From IMG/VR virus record IMGVR_UViG_3300008259_002461: a stretch of DNA of 64,000 nt, one strand, 5' to 3'. The notes under the pieces are model-generated. The model ran no database searches, was not told the origin of the DNA, and was given only the letters and a program-made list of their open reading frames with translations. The position numbers were made by a program, and so were the translations under genes. Of this stretch, positions 48,508 through 59,300 are shown piece by piece. Positions within the stretch are counted from its first letter, which is position 1, and each line of letters opens with the position of its first letter. Source of the stretch: a virus (lineage: Duplodnaviria; Caudoviricetes).

Positions 48508-50955
48508 TTGGTCACCCAAGTAAACGCCAACGGTAACCCTGTACTTACCCCTGGGGGTAATACAATAACTACCACTGCATCTAATCTAGTGCAGTCTAGT
48601 ATAAACACTAGCGGAAGCATTGCATTAGGAACAGCAAATGTTGTTGTTGGCGGCGCAGCGTCTGCTGTAGTAGGAGTTGCAGGTGCTGTGGTAGGAGCAG
48701 CAATTAAACCTGTAGTTGATGTAGCACGTCAAGTTAACACAGTTGTTGAATTAATTCAAAATCCTACTTTGGGAGGCGCCCTGGCGCTCTTAGGACGCGG
48801 ATTTCCACCTTACAGAAATGAACTAGACCAATTTGCTAGTTACAATTATATTTTTACTCTGTCGTGTTTGACTAATTTAGAATTAAACTATCCGTTAAGT
48901 TACAGAACAGTTGGCCCTTTAATACAAATAATTAGAAGCGGAGGCACTGGTGGAAAAAAACTTCCCACTATATATGAGACAGACGGAGTAGTTGAATTTT
49001 TTATTGATGATGTAACAATTGATTCATATATTGCACCTAATTCTAGGACTAGACATTCTAACGCAATGGCGATTAATTTTAATGTAATTGAACCATACAG
49101 TATGGGCCAGTTTTTACAGAATCTTAGAACAGCGGCATTAGTTGCTGGACATTTAAATTATATTGAAGCACCGTTTTTATTATCAGTAGAATTTATTGGT
49201 TACGATGATGAGGGTAATATTAAATCACCGTTCTTTTCAAAGAGGCATATTCCAATTAAACTTATTAAAGCTGATATGAATGTCACCGAAGCTGGCGCAG
49301 TTTACAGCGTGTCTGCGGTTCCATATAATGAAATAGCCTTAACAAATACTAATAGAGAAGCAAAAACAGACGTTGACGTTAGAGGATCAACAGTAGGTGA
49401 AATTTTACAATCAGGACCTAATAGTTTAACCAGCGTGTTAAATGAGACAATGATTAAACTTCAAGAAGCAGGCCAAGTCAATACTGCTGATCAATATGTG
49501 ATTAGTTTTCCTAAAGGTGATTTTATCTCTAGCGCAGTAGGCGGAGTTACTAGTTCTACAAGTGCTGTTACATCGTCGTCTAGCACACGCCAGCAACTGT
49601 ACGAAGCACTCACTGGAATTAAAGGAGGAAACATTCCTCCAGAGTTTGAAAAAAAATTACAAGAATTAAAAGGGGTGTCAATCACAAGATCAGCTCTTGG
49701 TGAGGCTGTTCGTGCCGAAGCCAATGCACAAGTTTCTTGGAACGATATAGGCAGTTCTAAAATTGTTAAAAGTTTCTTAGACGGCGGAAAAATGCCATTT
49801 GCAGAACCTTCTTTTGTTGAGATGCAGGATAATAAAGGTCATATACTGCGTGGCGCAATGCAGACTAGCGATGAAAACAGAAAGTTTACATTTAAGTCTG
49901 GAACTACTATTGAAGAAATGATCGAAGAAGTTATTTTAAGCAGCGACTATGCTAGAAAATTTGTTGAGAAAACAGCAGATGCTAAAGGCAAAATAACATG
50001 GTTTAGAATTGAAACTCATGTTTACAATGTAACAGATTGGACAACTGTAGGACAAATAGGAAGGAGTCCTCGAATATTCGTATATAGGATCTTGCCTTTT
50101 AAGATTGACGCCGCAAAGATTGAAGGATCTAAACCTAACGTATTTAAATCGTTAATTAAACAGTCTAGTGCTATTAAAGCATATAACTACATTTACACTG
50201 GACAAAATATCGATATTATTAATTTTGATTTAAATTTTGATCTATCATTTTTTACTAATATTTCAACTACTAGAGGCCAAATGCAGGCTGGTAGTAAAAA
50301 ACCAGATGGTATGGCAGCTGGTACACCTGATCCTAATTTTGTAGGCCCGTTACCAGTTCCGTCTCCTGCGCCTGCTGAAGGTTCAGCAGCAGTTAATAAT
50401 TCAACAGGTCCTCAGACAGGTAAAAAAGGTGGCGGCGCTAAAGAACACGTTGAGAATTCTATAGCTAGAATGTTTAATGATTCTATATTAAACAGTGATG
50501 CAGATTTAATTAATGTAAAATTAACAATACACGGAGATCCCTTTTATATTATAGACGCAGGTTTAGGAAATTATTTAGGAATTGAAAATCCAATAAACGA
50601 AGCAATAACTATAGAAGGATCGTTAAATCCTAGAAAAGGTGAAGTAGATGTAGTTTTAAATTTTAGAACTCCTATAGACTATGATGGCGAAGACGGCTTT
50701 GTGAAATATCCTCTAGGAGGGTTTTTACCTATAGGTATGTTTAGCGGAGTATATCAAGTTATTTTAGTAAACAACAAGTTTAGTAAAGGTCAATTTACAC
50801 AAGAATTAGACCTAGTGCGAAAACGTGGCCAAGACTTAACATTAGAGGGCCTTGCAAGTTCAGCAGTATCATTATTTAAAGATGCTAAGGCACTAGTAAC
50901 TGGATCTAAGAAAAATCAAATAGATGAAAAAGACGCAAATGCAGGACCTCCATAA
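48508..50955 (+). CDS. Baseplate hub protein (gp27/VgrG-like, 815 aa, TTG start)
   Basis: Position before the gp5-like gene; VKLTIHGDPFY and FSGVYQVILVNNKFSKGQFTQELDL hub-type motifs. Confidence 0.65.
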   Translation: MVTQVNANGNPVLTPGGNTITTTASNLVQSSINTSGSIALGTANVVVGGAASAVVGVAGAVVGAAIKPVVDVARQVNTVVELIQNPTLGGALALLGRGFPPYRNELDQFASYNYIFTLSCLTNLELNYPLSYRTVGPLIQIIRSGGTGGKKLPTIYETDGVVEFFIDDVTIDSYIAPNSRTRHSNAMAINFNVIEPYSMGQFLQNLRTAALVAGHLNYIEAPFLLSVEFIGYDDEGNIKSPFFSKRHIPIKLIKADMNVTEAGAVYSVSAVPYNEIALTNTNREAKTDVDVRGSTVGEILQSGPNSLTSVLNETMIKLQEAGQVNTADQYVISFPKGDFISSAVGGVTSSTSAVTSSSSTRQQLYEALTGIKGGNIPPEFEKKLQELKGVSITRSALGEAVRAEANAQVSWNDIGSSKIVKSFLDGGKMPFAEPSFVEMQDNKGHILRGAMQTSDENRKFTFKSGTTIEEMIEEVILSSDYARKFVEKTADAKGKITWFRIETHVYNVTDWTTVGQIGRSPRIFVYRILPFKIDAAKIEGSKPNVFKSLIKQSSAIKAYNYIYTGQNIDIINFDLNFDLSFFTNISTTRGQMQAGSKKPDGMAAGTPDPNFVGPLPVPSPAPAEGSAAVNNSTGPQTGKKGGGAKEHVENSIARMFNDSILNSDADLINVKLTIHGDPFYIIDAGLGNYLGIENPINEAITIEGSLNPRKGEVDVVLNFRTPIDYDGEDGFVKYPLGGFLPIGMFSGVYQVILVNNKFSKGQFTQELDLVRKRGQDLTLEGLASSAVSLFKDAKALVTGSKKNQIDEKDANAGPP

Positions 50956-52379
50956 TGTCAACTGATTCAAGAACTGCCCCTAGAGAGCAAAACCCTTCCG
51001 GCATATATGTAGGAATGGTAGTTAGTCATCTCGATACAAAGTTTATGGGGTCTTTAGAAATTGAACTATTAAAGTCAACAGAGTCGGGTAACTTAACAAG
51101 ACGCACAGGACAAATTGTTCAAGCAAAATACATGAGTCCTTTTTACGGAATAACACCGTATAAAGATATGACCAAAAATAGTGGTTATGCTAATACACAA
51201 AAAAGTTACGGATGGTGGGCAATACCTCCTGATCCTGGCTCATTAGTGCTTGTGTTGTTCACAGAAAATAATTTTGGTAATCCGTATTGGATAGGCTGCG
51301 TACAAGACGAATATACAAATTTTATGTTACCAGGGTATGCTGCTACCACGTTCAATGATTTCGACAAAGCTACTGCTTTACCAGTTGGTGAATATAATAA
51401 AAAAGTAGAAACTGCCTCGGGTAGAGATCCTACAAAATTTATTAAACCGTACAACAACATTGCATTTGACCAACTTGAAATCCAAGGCCTTACAGCTGAC
51501 CATATAAGAGGAACAACAACCTCTAGTGCTAGAAGAGAAGCACCTAGTATGGTGTTTGGAATGTCAACCCCGGGCCCATATGATGTAAAAGGACCAAAAG
51601 CTGAATACGGGCCTCAAGGCTCAAGAATTAACGTGCCATTTAATCGATTGGGGGGTAGTTCGTTTGTAATGGACGATGGAGACATGAGTCTTCTTCGTAA
51701 GAAGCCACCCAGCGGAACCGACGCTGGCCCATTAGAATATGCTAGTGTAGAAAACGGAGAAAAAGACGGCAACGTACTTCATCCTGCAAATGAGCTAGTG
51801 CGAATTAAAACAAGAACAGGTCATCAAATTGTATTTCATAACTCTGAAGATTTAATTTACATTTCCCACGGTAGCGGTAACAGTTGGATTGAAATGACTG
51901 GCAACGGCAAAATTGATATTTACGCTAAAGATTCAATCAGTGTACATTCAGAAAATGATCTTAATTTTTCAGCAGGTAGAGATATTAACTTTAGAGCAAA
52001 AAATAATATTAATGCAACAGCTGGTGCTAATGTTTTTGTAAAAGCCATAGAAAATATAGAACTTAAAGCAGACAAAGATGGCAGAATATATGCCAAAGGC
52101 AGTACACATATTAGAGCTGAATTAGATCATATTGAAACTACAGTCAAAGGCAAAATTTTTATGAATAGCTCAGTTACGGCAATTCAAGCAAAGGATGCAT
52201 TTATACCTAAAAGAGTTCCTCAACACGAACCGTGGAGAGAACACGAAAATCTTAACCCTAAGGATTTTACACCAGAGCAGACTAAAGCGATTAGTCCTAC
52301 AGAAGAAGATCCAGATGCAGTACTACCGCCATTTAATTTTCCACCAATCGCTGACACATTTAAGAAGCCTACAAAATAA
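50955..52379 (+). CDS. gp5: Baseplate central spike, gp5-like (OB-fold plus beta-helix, no evident lysozyme domain)
   Basis: SYGWWAIPPDPGSLVLVLF...PYWIGC, IKTRTGHQI and SWIEMTGNGKIDIY. Confidence 0.75.
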   Translation: MSTDSRTAPREQNPSGIYVGMVVSHLDTKFMGSLEIELLKSTESGNLTRRTGQIVQAKYMSPFYGITPYKDMTKNSGYANTQKSYGWWAIPPDPGSLVLVLFTENNFGNPYWIGCVQDEYTNFMLPGYAATTFNDFDKATALPVGEYNKKVETASGRDPTKFIKPYNNIAFDQLEIQGLTADHIRGTTTSSARREAPSMVFGMSTPGPYDVKGPKAEYGPQGSRINVPFNRLGGSSFVMDDGDMSLLRKKPPSGTDAGPLEYASVENGEKDGNVLHPANELVRIKTRTGHQIVFHNSEDLIYISHGSGNSWIEMTGNGKIDIYAKDSISVHSENDLNFSAGRDINFRAKNNINATAGANVFVKAIENIELKADKDGRIYAKGSTHIRAELDHIETTVKGKIFMNSSVTAIQAKDAFIPKRVPQHEPWREHENLNPKDFTPEQTKAISPTEEDPDAVLPPFNFPPIADTFKKPTK

Positions 52380-52380
52380 G

Positions 52381-52387
52381 GTAAATA
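52381..52387 (+). promoter_or_regulatory. Late promoter GTAAATA
   Basis: Immediately upstream of the gp25-like ATG. Confidence 0.5.
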
Positions 52388-52391
52388 TATT

Positions 52392-52850
52392 ATGAGCGCA
52401 CTAGAAAAAAATCTTTATAAACAAATATCAGTTAAGTCAACTAGATCTAGATCCAACGATAATGTTGCAACCGCAGCACCTACTTATAAAGGATTTAGCA
52501 CAGTAAATTCTACAAATTCTAGTCCAGCACTTTATGATATTGCTCTTATCAAACAAGATATTATAAATCACTTTCATATTAGGCAAGGTGAAAAATTAAG
52601 TGATCCAGAATTTGGCACTATAATTTGGGACATTATTTTTGAACCTCTAACAGACGATACTGTAAATGCAATAATTCAAAATATTTCTAGGATTGTTAAT
52701 TATGATCCAAGAGTCAAGGTTAATAAGATTGATGTCAAGCAACCTTACGAACATGCAATTCGGATTGATTGTGAATTGGTATATTTGCCTTATTCAATTG
52801 TAGAAAAATTACAATTTACGTTTGACGAAAAAGCTGGGTTCATCAATTAA
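52392..52850 (+). CDS. gp25: Baseplate wedge protein, gp25-like
   Basis: LIKQDIINHFHIRQGEKLSDPEFGTIIWDIIFEP...YDPRV. Confidence 0.9.
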   Translation: MSALEKNLYKQISVKSTRSRSNDNVATAAPTYKGFSTVNSTNSSPALYDIALIKQDIINHFHIRQGEKLSDPEFGTIIWDIIFEPLTDDTVNAIIQNISRIVNYDPRVKVNKIDVKQPYEHAIRIDCELVYLPYSIVEKLQFTFDEKAGFIN

Positions 52851-52870
52851 CTACGCACTTTTCAAATCAA

Positions 52871-52877
52871 ATAAATA
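52871..52877 (+). promoter_or_regulatory. Late promoter ATAAATA
   Basis: Intergenic, upstream of the gp6-like gene. Confidence 0.7.
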
Positions 52878-52901
52878 TTGATATAGTTAAGGAAAGCGCA
52901 C

Positions 52902-55900
52902 ATGTCATCTACAGATAGACAAAATAGATTATTACTTGCAGAAGATTGGAAGCGTGTCTACCAATCTTTTCGCAATGCAGATTTTCAAAGTTATGATTTT
53001 GATAATCTAAGACGTACGATGATATCGTATCTAAGAGAAAATTATCCCGAAGACTTTAATGACTATGTTGAATCAAGCGAATATCTTGCGTTAGTAGACT
53101 TAATAGCGTTCCTTGGGCAAAATATTGCTTTCCGTATAGATTTAAACGCTAGAGAAAATTTCTTAGAATTAGCAGACAGACGTGAAAGTGTATTACGACT
53201 AGCTCGATTACTTTCTTATAATCCTAAGAGAGTACAATCTTGCAATGGATTATTAAAAATTGCATCAGTTAGAACCTCAGAAGAAATTCGCGATAGCAAT
53301 AACATTAATTTACAAAATCAAACTATAGTATGGAATGATCCTAGTAATATTGATTGGTACGAACAGTTTATAAAAGTAATAAATGCAGCCTTACCTGTTA
53401 ATGGTACGTTTGGTCGCCCAGTTAAAAAAGACAACGTTAATGGAATTCCTACAGATCAATATAGATTGAATAGTACAAATTCAGAACTACCTGTTTATTC
53501 ATTTAATAAAACAATTGACGGCAGAGCTACAACTTTTGAAATAGTTTCAACTGATGTATCTGATGGAAATATTCTTGAAGAAGCTCCCTTCCCAGGAAAT
53601 AATTTTGCTTTTATATATCGAGACGACGGACGTGGTCCAGCAAGCTCAAACACAGGATTTTTCTCACATTTTAGACAAGGAAATCTAGACGAAGGATTGT
53701 TTAATATTTCGGCGCCTATCTCAAATCAAACTGTTTCTATTGAGTCTCCTAACATTAACAACTCCGATGTATGGCTCTATCGTTTAGATTCATTTGGCAA
53801 TGAAACAGAATTATGGACTAAGGTTGATGCACTAGAAGGCAATAACGTAATCTATAATAGTGTAAACAAAAAAAATAGAAACATTTATAGTGTACTAACT
53901 CGTGTAGGTGATAGAATTAATTTAATATTCTCCGACGGCACATTTGGAGAATTACCTAAAGGTCAATTTAAGATATATTATAGAACAAGTCTACCAGATA
54001 GATTAATTGTTGGCCCTGAAGATATGCGAGCTATTTCTATTACAATTCCGTATCTAAGCAAATTAGGCAAAGAAGAATCAATAGTTATAACTTTTGAACT
54101 AAAATATACAGTTGATAATAGTAGTCCTAGCGAAAGTAACGACAGCATTAAATTAAATGCTCCTAGCACATATTATACACAAAATAGAATGATAACTGGT
54201 GAGGACTATCAAATAGCACCTCTAGGTATTAATCAAGAAATTATTAAAGTTAAAGCAGTTAACAGAACATCAAGCGGAATAAGTCGTTACTTTGACTTAA
54301 TAGACGCTACAGGAAAATATAGTCAAACTACCCTGTTTGGGAACGACGGTGTTGTGTATAAAGAATTTTTAGAATTACAAAAAAGTTTTACTTTTAATAC
54401 TCGAACAGACGTTGAAGGAGCAGTAGAAAATATAATCGTTCCTATCCTCAATGATAAAAAACTTAGAAATTATTATCACGATAGATTTCCAAAAATTCTA
54501 ACTAGCGACTTAGGAGTTAACTGGGTCCAAGAAACTAAAGAAACTAATCTAAGCACAGGATATTTTAAAAATAGAGAAGAGGTAAAATCAAGACTGGGTA
54601 GTTTTACAGCATCTATTCTTAGTCTAGTACGTCCAGGAGCCATGATAAAATTAGTAGCACCTGGATTCCGACCAAAAACTGTTCCAACAGCAGCGGACCT
54701 ATCAACTAATCATTTCGTTCCTGATGGTACCATGCGAACCGGCGTTGCTAACAGTCTAGGTGCGTCTTATTATAATTGGGTTAAAGTGTTAAGTGTCAAC
54801 GGCCCAGGAGTTGACAATACAGATGACGGATTTGGACCTGTAGCACTCAATGACATAATACCAGGACCAACAGCAGGAGTATCTCCAATTGGAGCAATTC
54901 TTGCAGAAATTAAACCAACATTACCTAACGATTTAACTGATGAAGTTAAGGCTCAAATAATTGATCAAATATTTGCTAACAGAACTTTTGGTATCCGTTT
55001 TGATCAAACTAGCGGTCAGTGGCGTGTTATTACAGAAAATAATTTAAACACAACATCTGAATTTTCTACAGGTAAAACAGGTGATGCTACAAATCAGCGG
55101 TTAGATTCTAGTTGGCTTGTATGGTTTAAAACTGACGGCGAGCGATATACTATTACATATCGAGCTATGAGATTTGTATTTGAAAGTGATCAAGAAATTC
55201 GGTTTTATTACGATAGCAGCGACAAGATATACAACACAAAAACTGGCAAAATTGTTAAAGATACTATAACAGTATTAAACGTTAATAATAAACCTGATGA
55301 AACAAACTCGTTCACTAAAGATTTTAACTGGGAAATAGTTGAAGCTTATCGTGATACTGAAGGTTATGTTGACAGTAAAAAAATAGAAGTTAGTTTTTAT
55401 GACGACGACGAAGACGGAGTAGTTGATGATGTAGAATTATTTGAACAAATCGTATCACCACAAGTTAATCAAACACAAAAATATGTTATGTTTGAAAAAT
55501 ATCTAACACAAGACGGAGTTGAAGATTTTAATTTTTATTCCAATGATACTCAACAAATAATTGTACTAGCAAGGAAAGCTGACCTATTACCACTAAGCGC
55601 ATACAACGACGGCCAAGTTTTTTATTACATTGATCTAGATATTTTTGAAGTATGGAATAAGGAACGAGGTGTGTTGGAGTTATCAATTAATTATAAAGCT
55701 CGCCTTGGCAGAGATAAACTTAAATTCCGTTATATTCATGCTGCGGATTCTAATTCAAGGATTGATCCTAGCGCAAGCAATATTGTTGATTTATATTTGC
55801 TAACAAAAGCATACGATACAAGTTTTAGACTTTGGTTAACTGAAGAAATAATAACTAAACCATTACCACCAAGTAGTGATCAGTTGTTTATAAATTATAG

Positions 55901-56399
55901 TTCCCAACTTAATCAAATTAAATCACTTAGTGACGAAATAATTTATCATCCAGTTAAGTATAAGATACTGTTTGGAAAAAATGCAAGTGATGATTTAAAA
56001 GCAACATTTAAAGTTGTAAAAAATCCTGACATGGTATTAAATGATAACGATATAAAAGCAAGAGTAATATCAGCTATGTCACAATTTTTTGCACTTGAAA
56101 ATTGGGAGTTTGGCGAAACGTTTTATTTCTCTGAATTAAGCAGTTATGTTATGAATAGAATGGCACCAGATTTAGTAACATTTGTTATAGTGCCGTTCCA
56201 AGATTCTCAAGCATTTGGATCATTGTTTGAAATTAAGGCAGAAGCAGATGAAATTTTTATCAGCGGAGCAACAGTTGATGATATTGAAATAATAGATGCT
56301 ATTACAGCGTCTAGATTAAAAGCAGGCGGAAGAGTGATTACCCAGTCAACTAGTACTAATGTAGGAATACAAAGTTCGTCTACCGGAGGATACAATTAA
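52902..56399 (+). CDS. gp6: Baseplate wedge protein, gp6-like (1165 aa)
   Basis: FNDYVESSEYLALVDLIAF, ENFLELADRRESVLRLARLLSYNPKR and QNRMITGEDY. Confidence 0.85.
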   Translation: MSSTDRQNRLLLAEDWKRVYQSFRNADFQSYDFDNLRRTMISYLRENYPEDFNDYVESSEYLALVDLIAFLGQNIAFRIDLNARENFLELADRRESVLRLARLLSYNPKRVQSCNGLLKIASVRTSEEIRDSNNINLQNQTIVWNDPSNIDWYEQFIKVINAALPVNGTFGRPVKKDNVNGIPTDQYRLNSTNSELPVYSFNKTIDGRATTFEIVSTDVSDGNILEEAPFPGNNFAFIYRDDGRGPASSNTGFFSHFRQGNLDEGLFNISAPISNQTVSIESPNINNSDVWLYRLDSFGNETELWTKVDALEGNNVIYNSVNKKNRNIYSVLTRVGDRINLIFSDGTFGELPKGQFKIYYRTSLPDRLIVGPEDMRAISITIPYLSKLGKEESIVITFELKYTVDNSSPSESNDSIKLNAPSTYYTQNRMITGEDYQIAPLGINQEIIKVKAVNRTSSGISRYFDLIDATGKYSQTTLFGNDGVVYKEFLELQKSFTFNTRTDVEGAVENIIVPILNDKKLRNYYHDRFPKILTSDLGVNWVQETKETNLSTGYFKNREEVKSRLGSFTASILSLVRPGAMIKLVAPGFRPKTVPTAADLSTNHFVPDGTMRTGVANSLGASYYNWVKVLSVNGPGVDNTDDGFGPVALNDIIPGPTAGVSPIGAILAEIKPTLPNDLTDEVKAQIIDQIFANRTFGIRFDQTSGQWRVITENNLNTTSEFSTGKTGDATNQRLDSSWLVWFKTDGERYTITYRAMRFVFESDQEIRFYYDSSDKIYNTKTGKIVKDTITVLNVNNKPDETNSFTKDFNWEIVEAYRDTEGYVDSKKIEVSFYDDDEDGVVDDVELFEQIVSPQVNQTQKYVMFEKYLTQDGVEDFNFYSNDTQQIIVLARKADLLPLSAYNDGQVFYYIDLDIFEVWNKERGVLELSINYKARLGRDKLKFRYIHAADSNSRIDPSASNIVDLYLLTKAYDTSFRLWLTEEIITKPLPPSSDQLFINYSSQLNQIKSLSDEIIYHPVKYKILFGKNASDDLKATFKVVKNPDMVLNDNDIKARVISAMSQFFALENWEFGETFYFSELSSYVMNRMAPDLVTFVIVPFQDSQAFGSLFEIKAEADEIFISGATVDDIEIIDAITASRLKAGGRVITQSTSTNVGIQSSSTGGYN

Positions 56400-59300
56400 T
56401 GGCATACGATGATAGACAAACAGAATTACCTTTACCAGGTGACGGATCTGAAAAAAGAAAAAGTGAAATTCATCTTCCAAAATATTTTCGAACAGAATCT
56501 AATACTAAATTCTTATCAAGCACCCTTGATCAGTTACTACAGCCCGGCGTGGCAGAAAAACTTAACGGATACTTTGGCAGAAAAACTGCTACAGCGTTTA
56601 ATCCATCAGACACATATATAGCAGATGTTTCCAAAGACAGAGAGGATTATCAGTTTGAACCAGCTTCAGTAATTACAGACGCATTAGGTAATGTAGAATT
56701 TTTTAAAAATTATAATGACCTTATTAATCAAGTTAAAAACTTTGGCGGCGTTAATCGCAATCATAGTAATATAAACAAAGAAGAATTTTATACTTGGGAT
56801 CCCCATATCAATTGGGATAAATTTACAAATTTTAGAGAATACTATTGGTTACCCACAGGTCCCCAAACACTTAATATTGTTGGTGATGTTAAAGAAATAA
56901 CCAGTACATATTCTGTATCTTTGCAAGATAACGGTGACAATTATTCTTATATTTTTTCGCCTGACGGATTAACTCCTAATCCTAATTTTAAATTATTTAG
57001 AGGAGTTACATATAGGTTTGAAATCAATACACCGGGTTTACCTCTTACTTTTAGAACACAGCGTACCCTTGATGATGCATTTTTAATTAAACAAGGAATT
57101 AATGCCCAGGCAGTTGAAAACGGAGTTATTGAAATAACTTTAAATGAAGCTACTCCTAATGAAATTTTTTATGTAGCTGATAATAATATTAATCTTGGCG
57201 GAGTAATTCGCGTAGCAAATATTGAAGAATCTAGTTTTATTGATGTAGAAACAGAAATTTTAGGTAAAAAAACATACACTACAAAAGCCGGATGGAGTGT
57301 AACTAACGGTATGAAAATTAGATTTGTTGGAGAAGTAATCCCAGCAATATATTCAAACTCTGAGTGGTATGTAGAAGGTGTTGGAGATAAGATTAAACTA
57401 ATATCCGACATTGATGTTGAAGTATCTTTTCCGGTAGGCATTGACCTAAACGTTCCTTTTGACACCGAAGACGGATTTGATAGATTACCATTTAGCTCTG
57501 CAATTGGTTTTCCACGAGATAAAGATTACATTGTAATTAATAGAGCATCTAGCGACGGCAATTTTTGGAGTAGATATAATCGATGGTTCCATAAAGATGT
57601 CATAGAATTAGTAGCAAGTATTAATAATCAACCAGCAAATCTTGATCAAGCTGCAAGAGCCAATCGACCAATTATTGAATTTGAAGCTAATTTAAAATTA
57701 TTTAATTTTGGTACAACAACAAAACCTGTTATTGATTTAATAGATGATTTTAGCGTAGATGCATTTTCCAGTATTGAAGGAACACTAGGGTATAGTGTTG
57801 ACGGAGTTCAGTTAAGAAACGGAATGCGAATATTGTTTTTAGCAGACACTGATCCGTTAGTAAGAGGAAGAATTTTTAAGGTTGAATTTATTAAATTTAC
57901 AGGTAGTGGTGTAGCAGGACAGATCGCACTACGAGAAACAGAAGATTCTTTACCTCAGATAAACGAAAACGTACTAGTAACTAAAGGAAATACCTACACA
58001 GGATCTATGTGGTTCTTTAACGGTACAGAGTGGAAACGTGCCCAGGAAAAAACACAAGTTAATCAGCCGCCACTGTTTGATGCATACGATGCCGCCGGCG
58101 TCTCGTTTGCAGATACGTCAAAATACGAAGCATCAAACTTTAAAGGAACTGAAATTTTCAGTTATAAGACTGGAGTTGGCACAGCTGATTCTGTATTAGG
58201 GTTTCCGTTGGTATACCGTAGTATTGATAACGTAGGCGATATCTTATTTGATTTTGATTATAATTCTGATATAGTTGAATATCAGATTGATACAGTTCCT
58301 CAAACAGTTCCAATTGCTTCTGGTTATTTAAAAAAATATACAGATAAAAATAATTTTATTAATTTAGGTGCATGGACTAAAGCTGATAAACTTTCGTCTC
58401 AAGCTGTAATACTACAATATATTAATGATAACACTAAAATAAATTATCCTATTAATTGTTTTGATCAAAGTGGATTCCTTACTGATTTATTAGTAAGGGT
58501 GTTTGTAAATAACAAAGTAGTTAAAGAAGGGGTAGATTATGAATTAGTACTTACTGCTGACAAGTTTAAAGCAGTTAAGTTCATTAAAAATATTAAACTT
58601 AATGACGTAATTAAATTTAAGTGTTTTTCTAATACTGCAAAAAACGAAAACGGTTATTACGAAATTGCTGCTAATCTTGAAAAAAATCCTCTTAATGAAG
58701 ATGTAACAGATTTCACACTAGGCGAAGTTAATGATCATGTAGCAAGTATTGTAGAAAATTTACAAGCATTTACAGGGGTATTTCCAGGAACAGGAAATTT
58801 ACGTGATATAACAGATTTAAGTAAGTACGGCCGTAAGTTCATAAAACATTCCTCGCCATTAAATCTATCAATGTATCACTTGCTTGATAGAGAAGCTAAT
58901 TTAGTTAAATCAATTCGATACGCACGAAGAGAATACGGTAAATTTAAACGTCAATTTTTAGAGATTGCAAGCTCGTTAGGGTATGAAGGTCCAGTTAAAG
59001 AACACGTTGATCGAATACTGCTTGAAATTAATAAAGATAAAATTAATAAAATGCCTTTCTATTCTAGTGATATGCTTCCTTACGGAGCAGCTATTAGAAA
59101 CAGAATAACTGTAGAAGATCCTGACTCAAGATTTTATTCACTAACGCAGCCTTTTAAGTATAATGAAATTAATACAAGGGCTGTTGGAGTATACATTAAT
59201 AATGAACAATTATTATATCAGAAAGATTATGAGTTTAATGATAACGGATTTTTAATAGTAACGGTACAAAAAGAATTTGGCGATGTTCTCGATATCTACG

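Noticed and set aside
56409-56621. 70-aa plus-strand ORF
   Set aside because: Out-of-frame overlap within the start of the giant ORF beginning at 56399.
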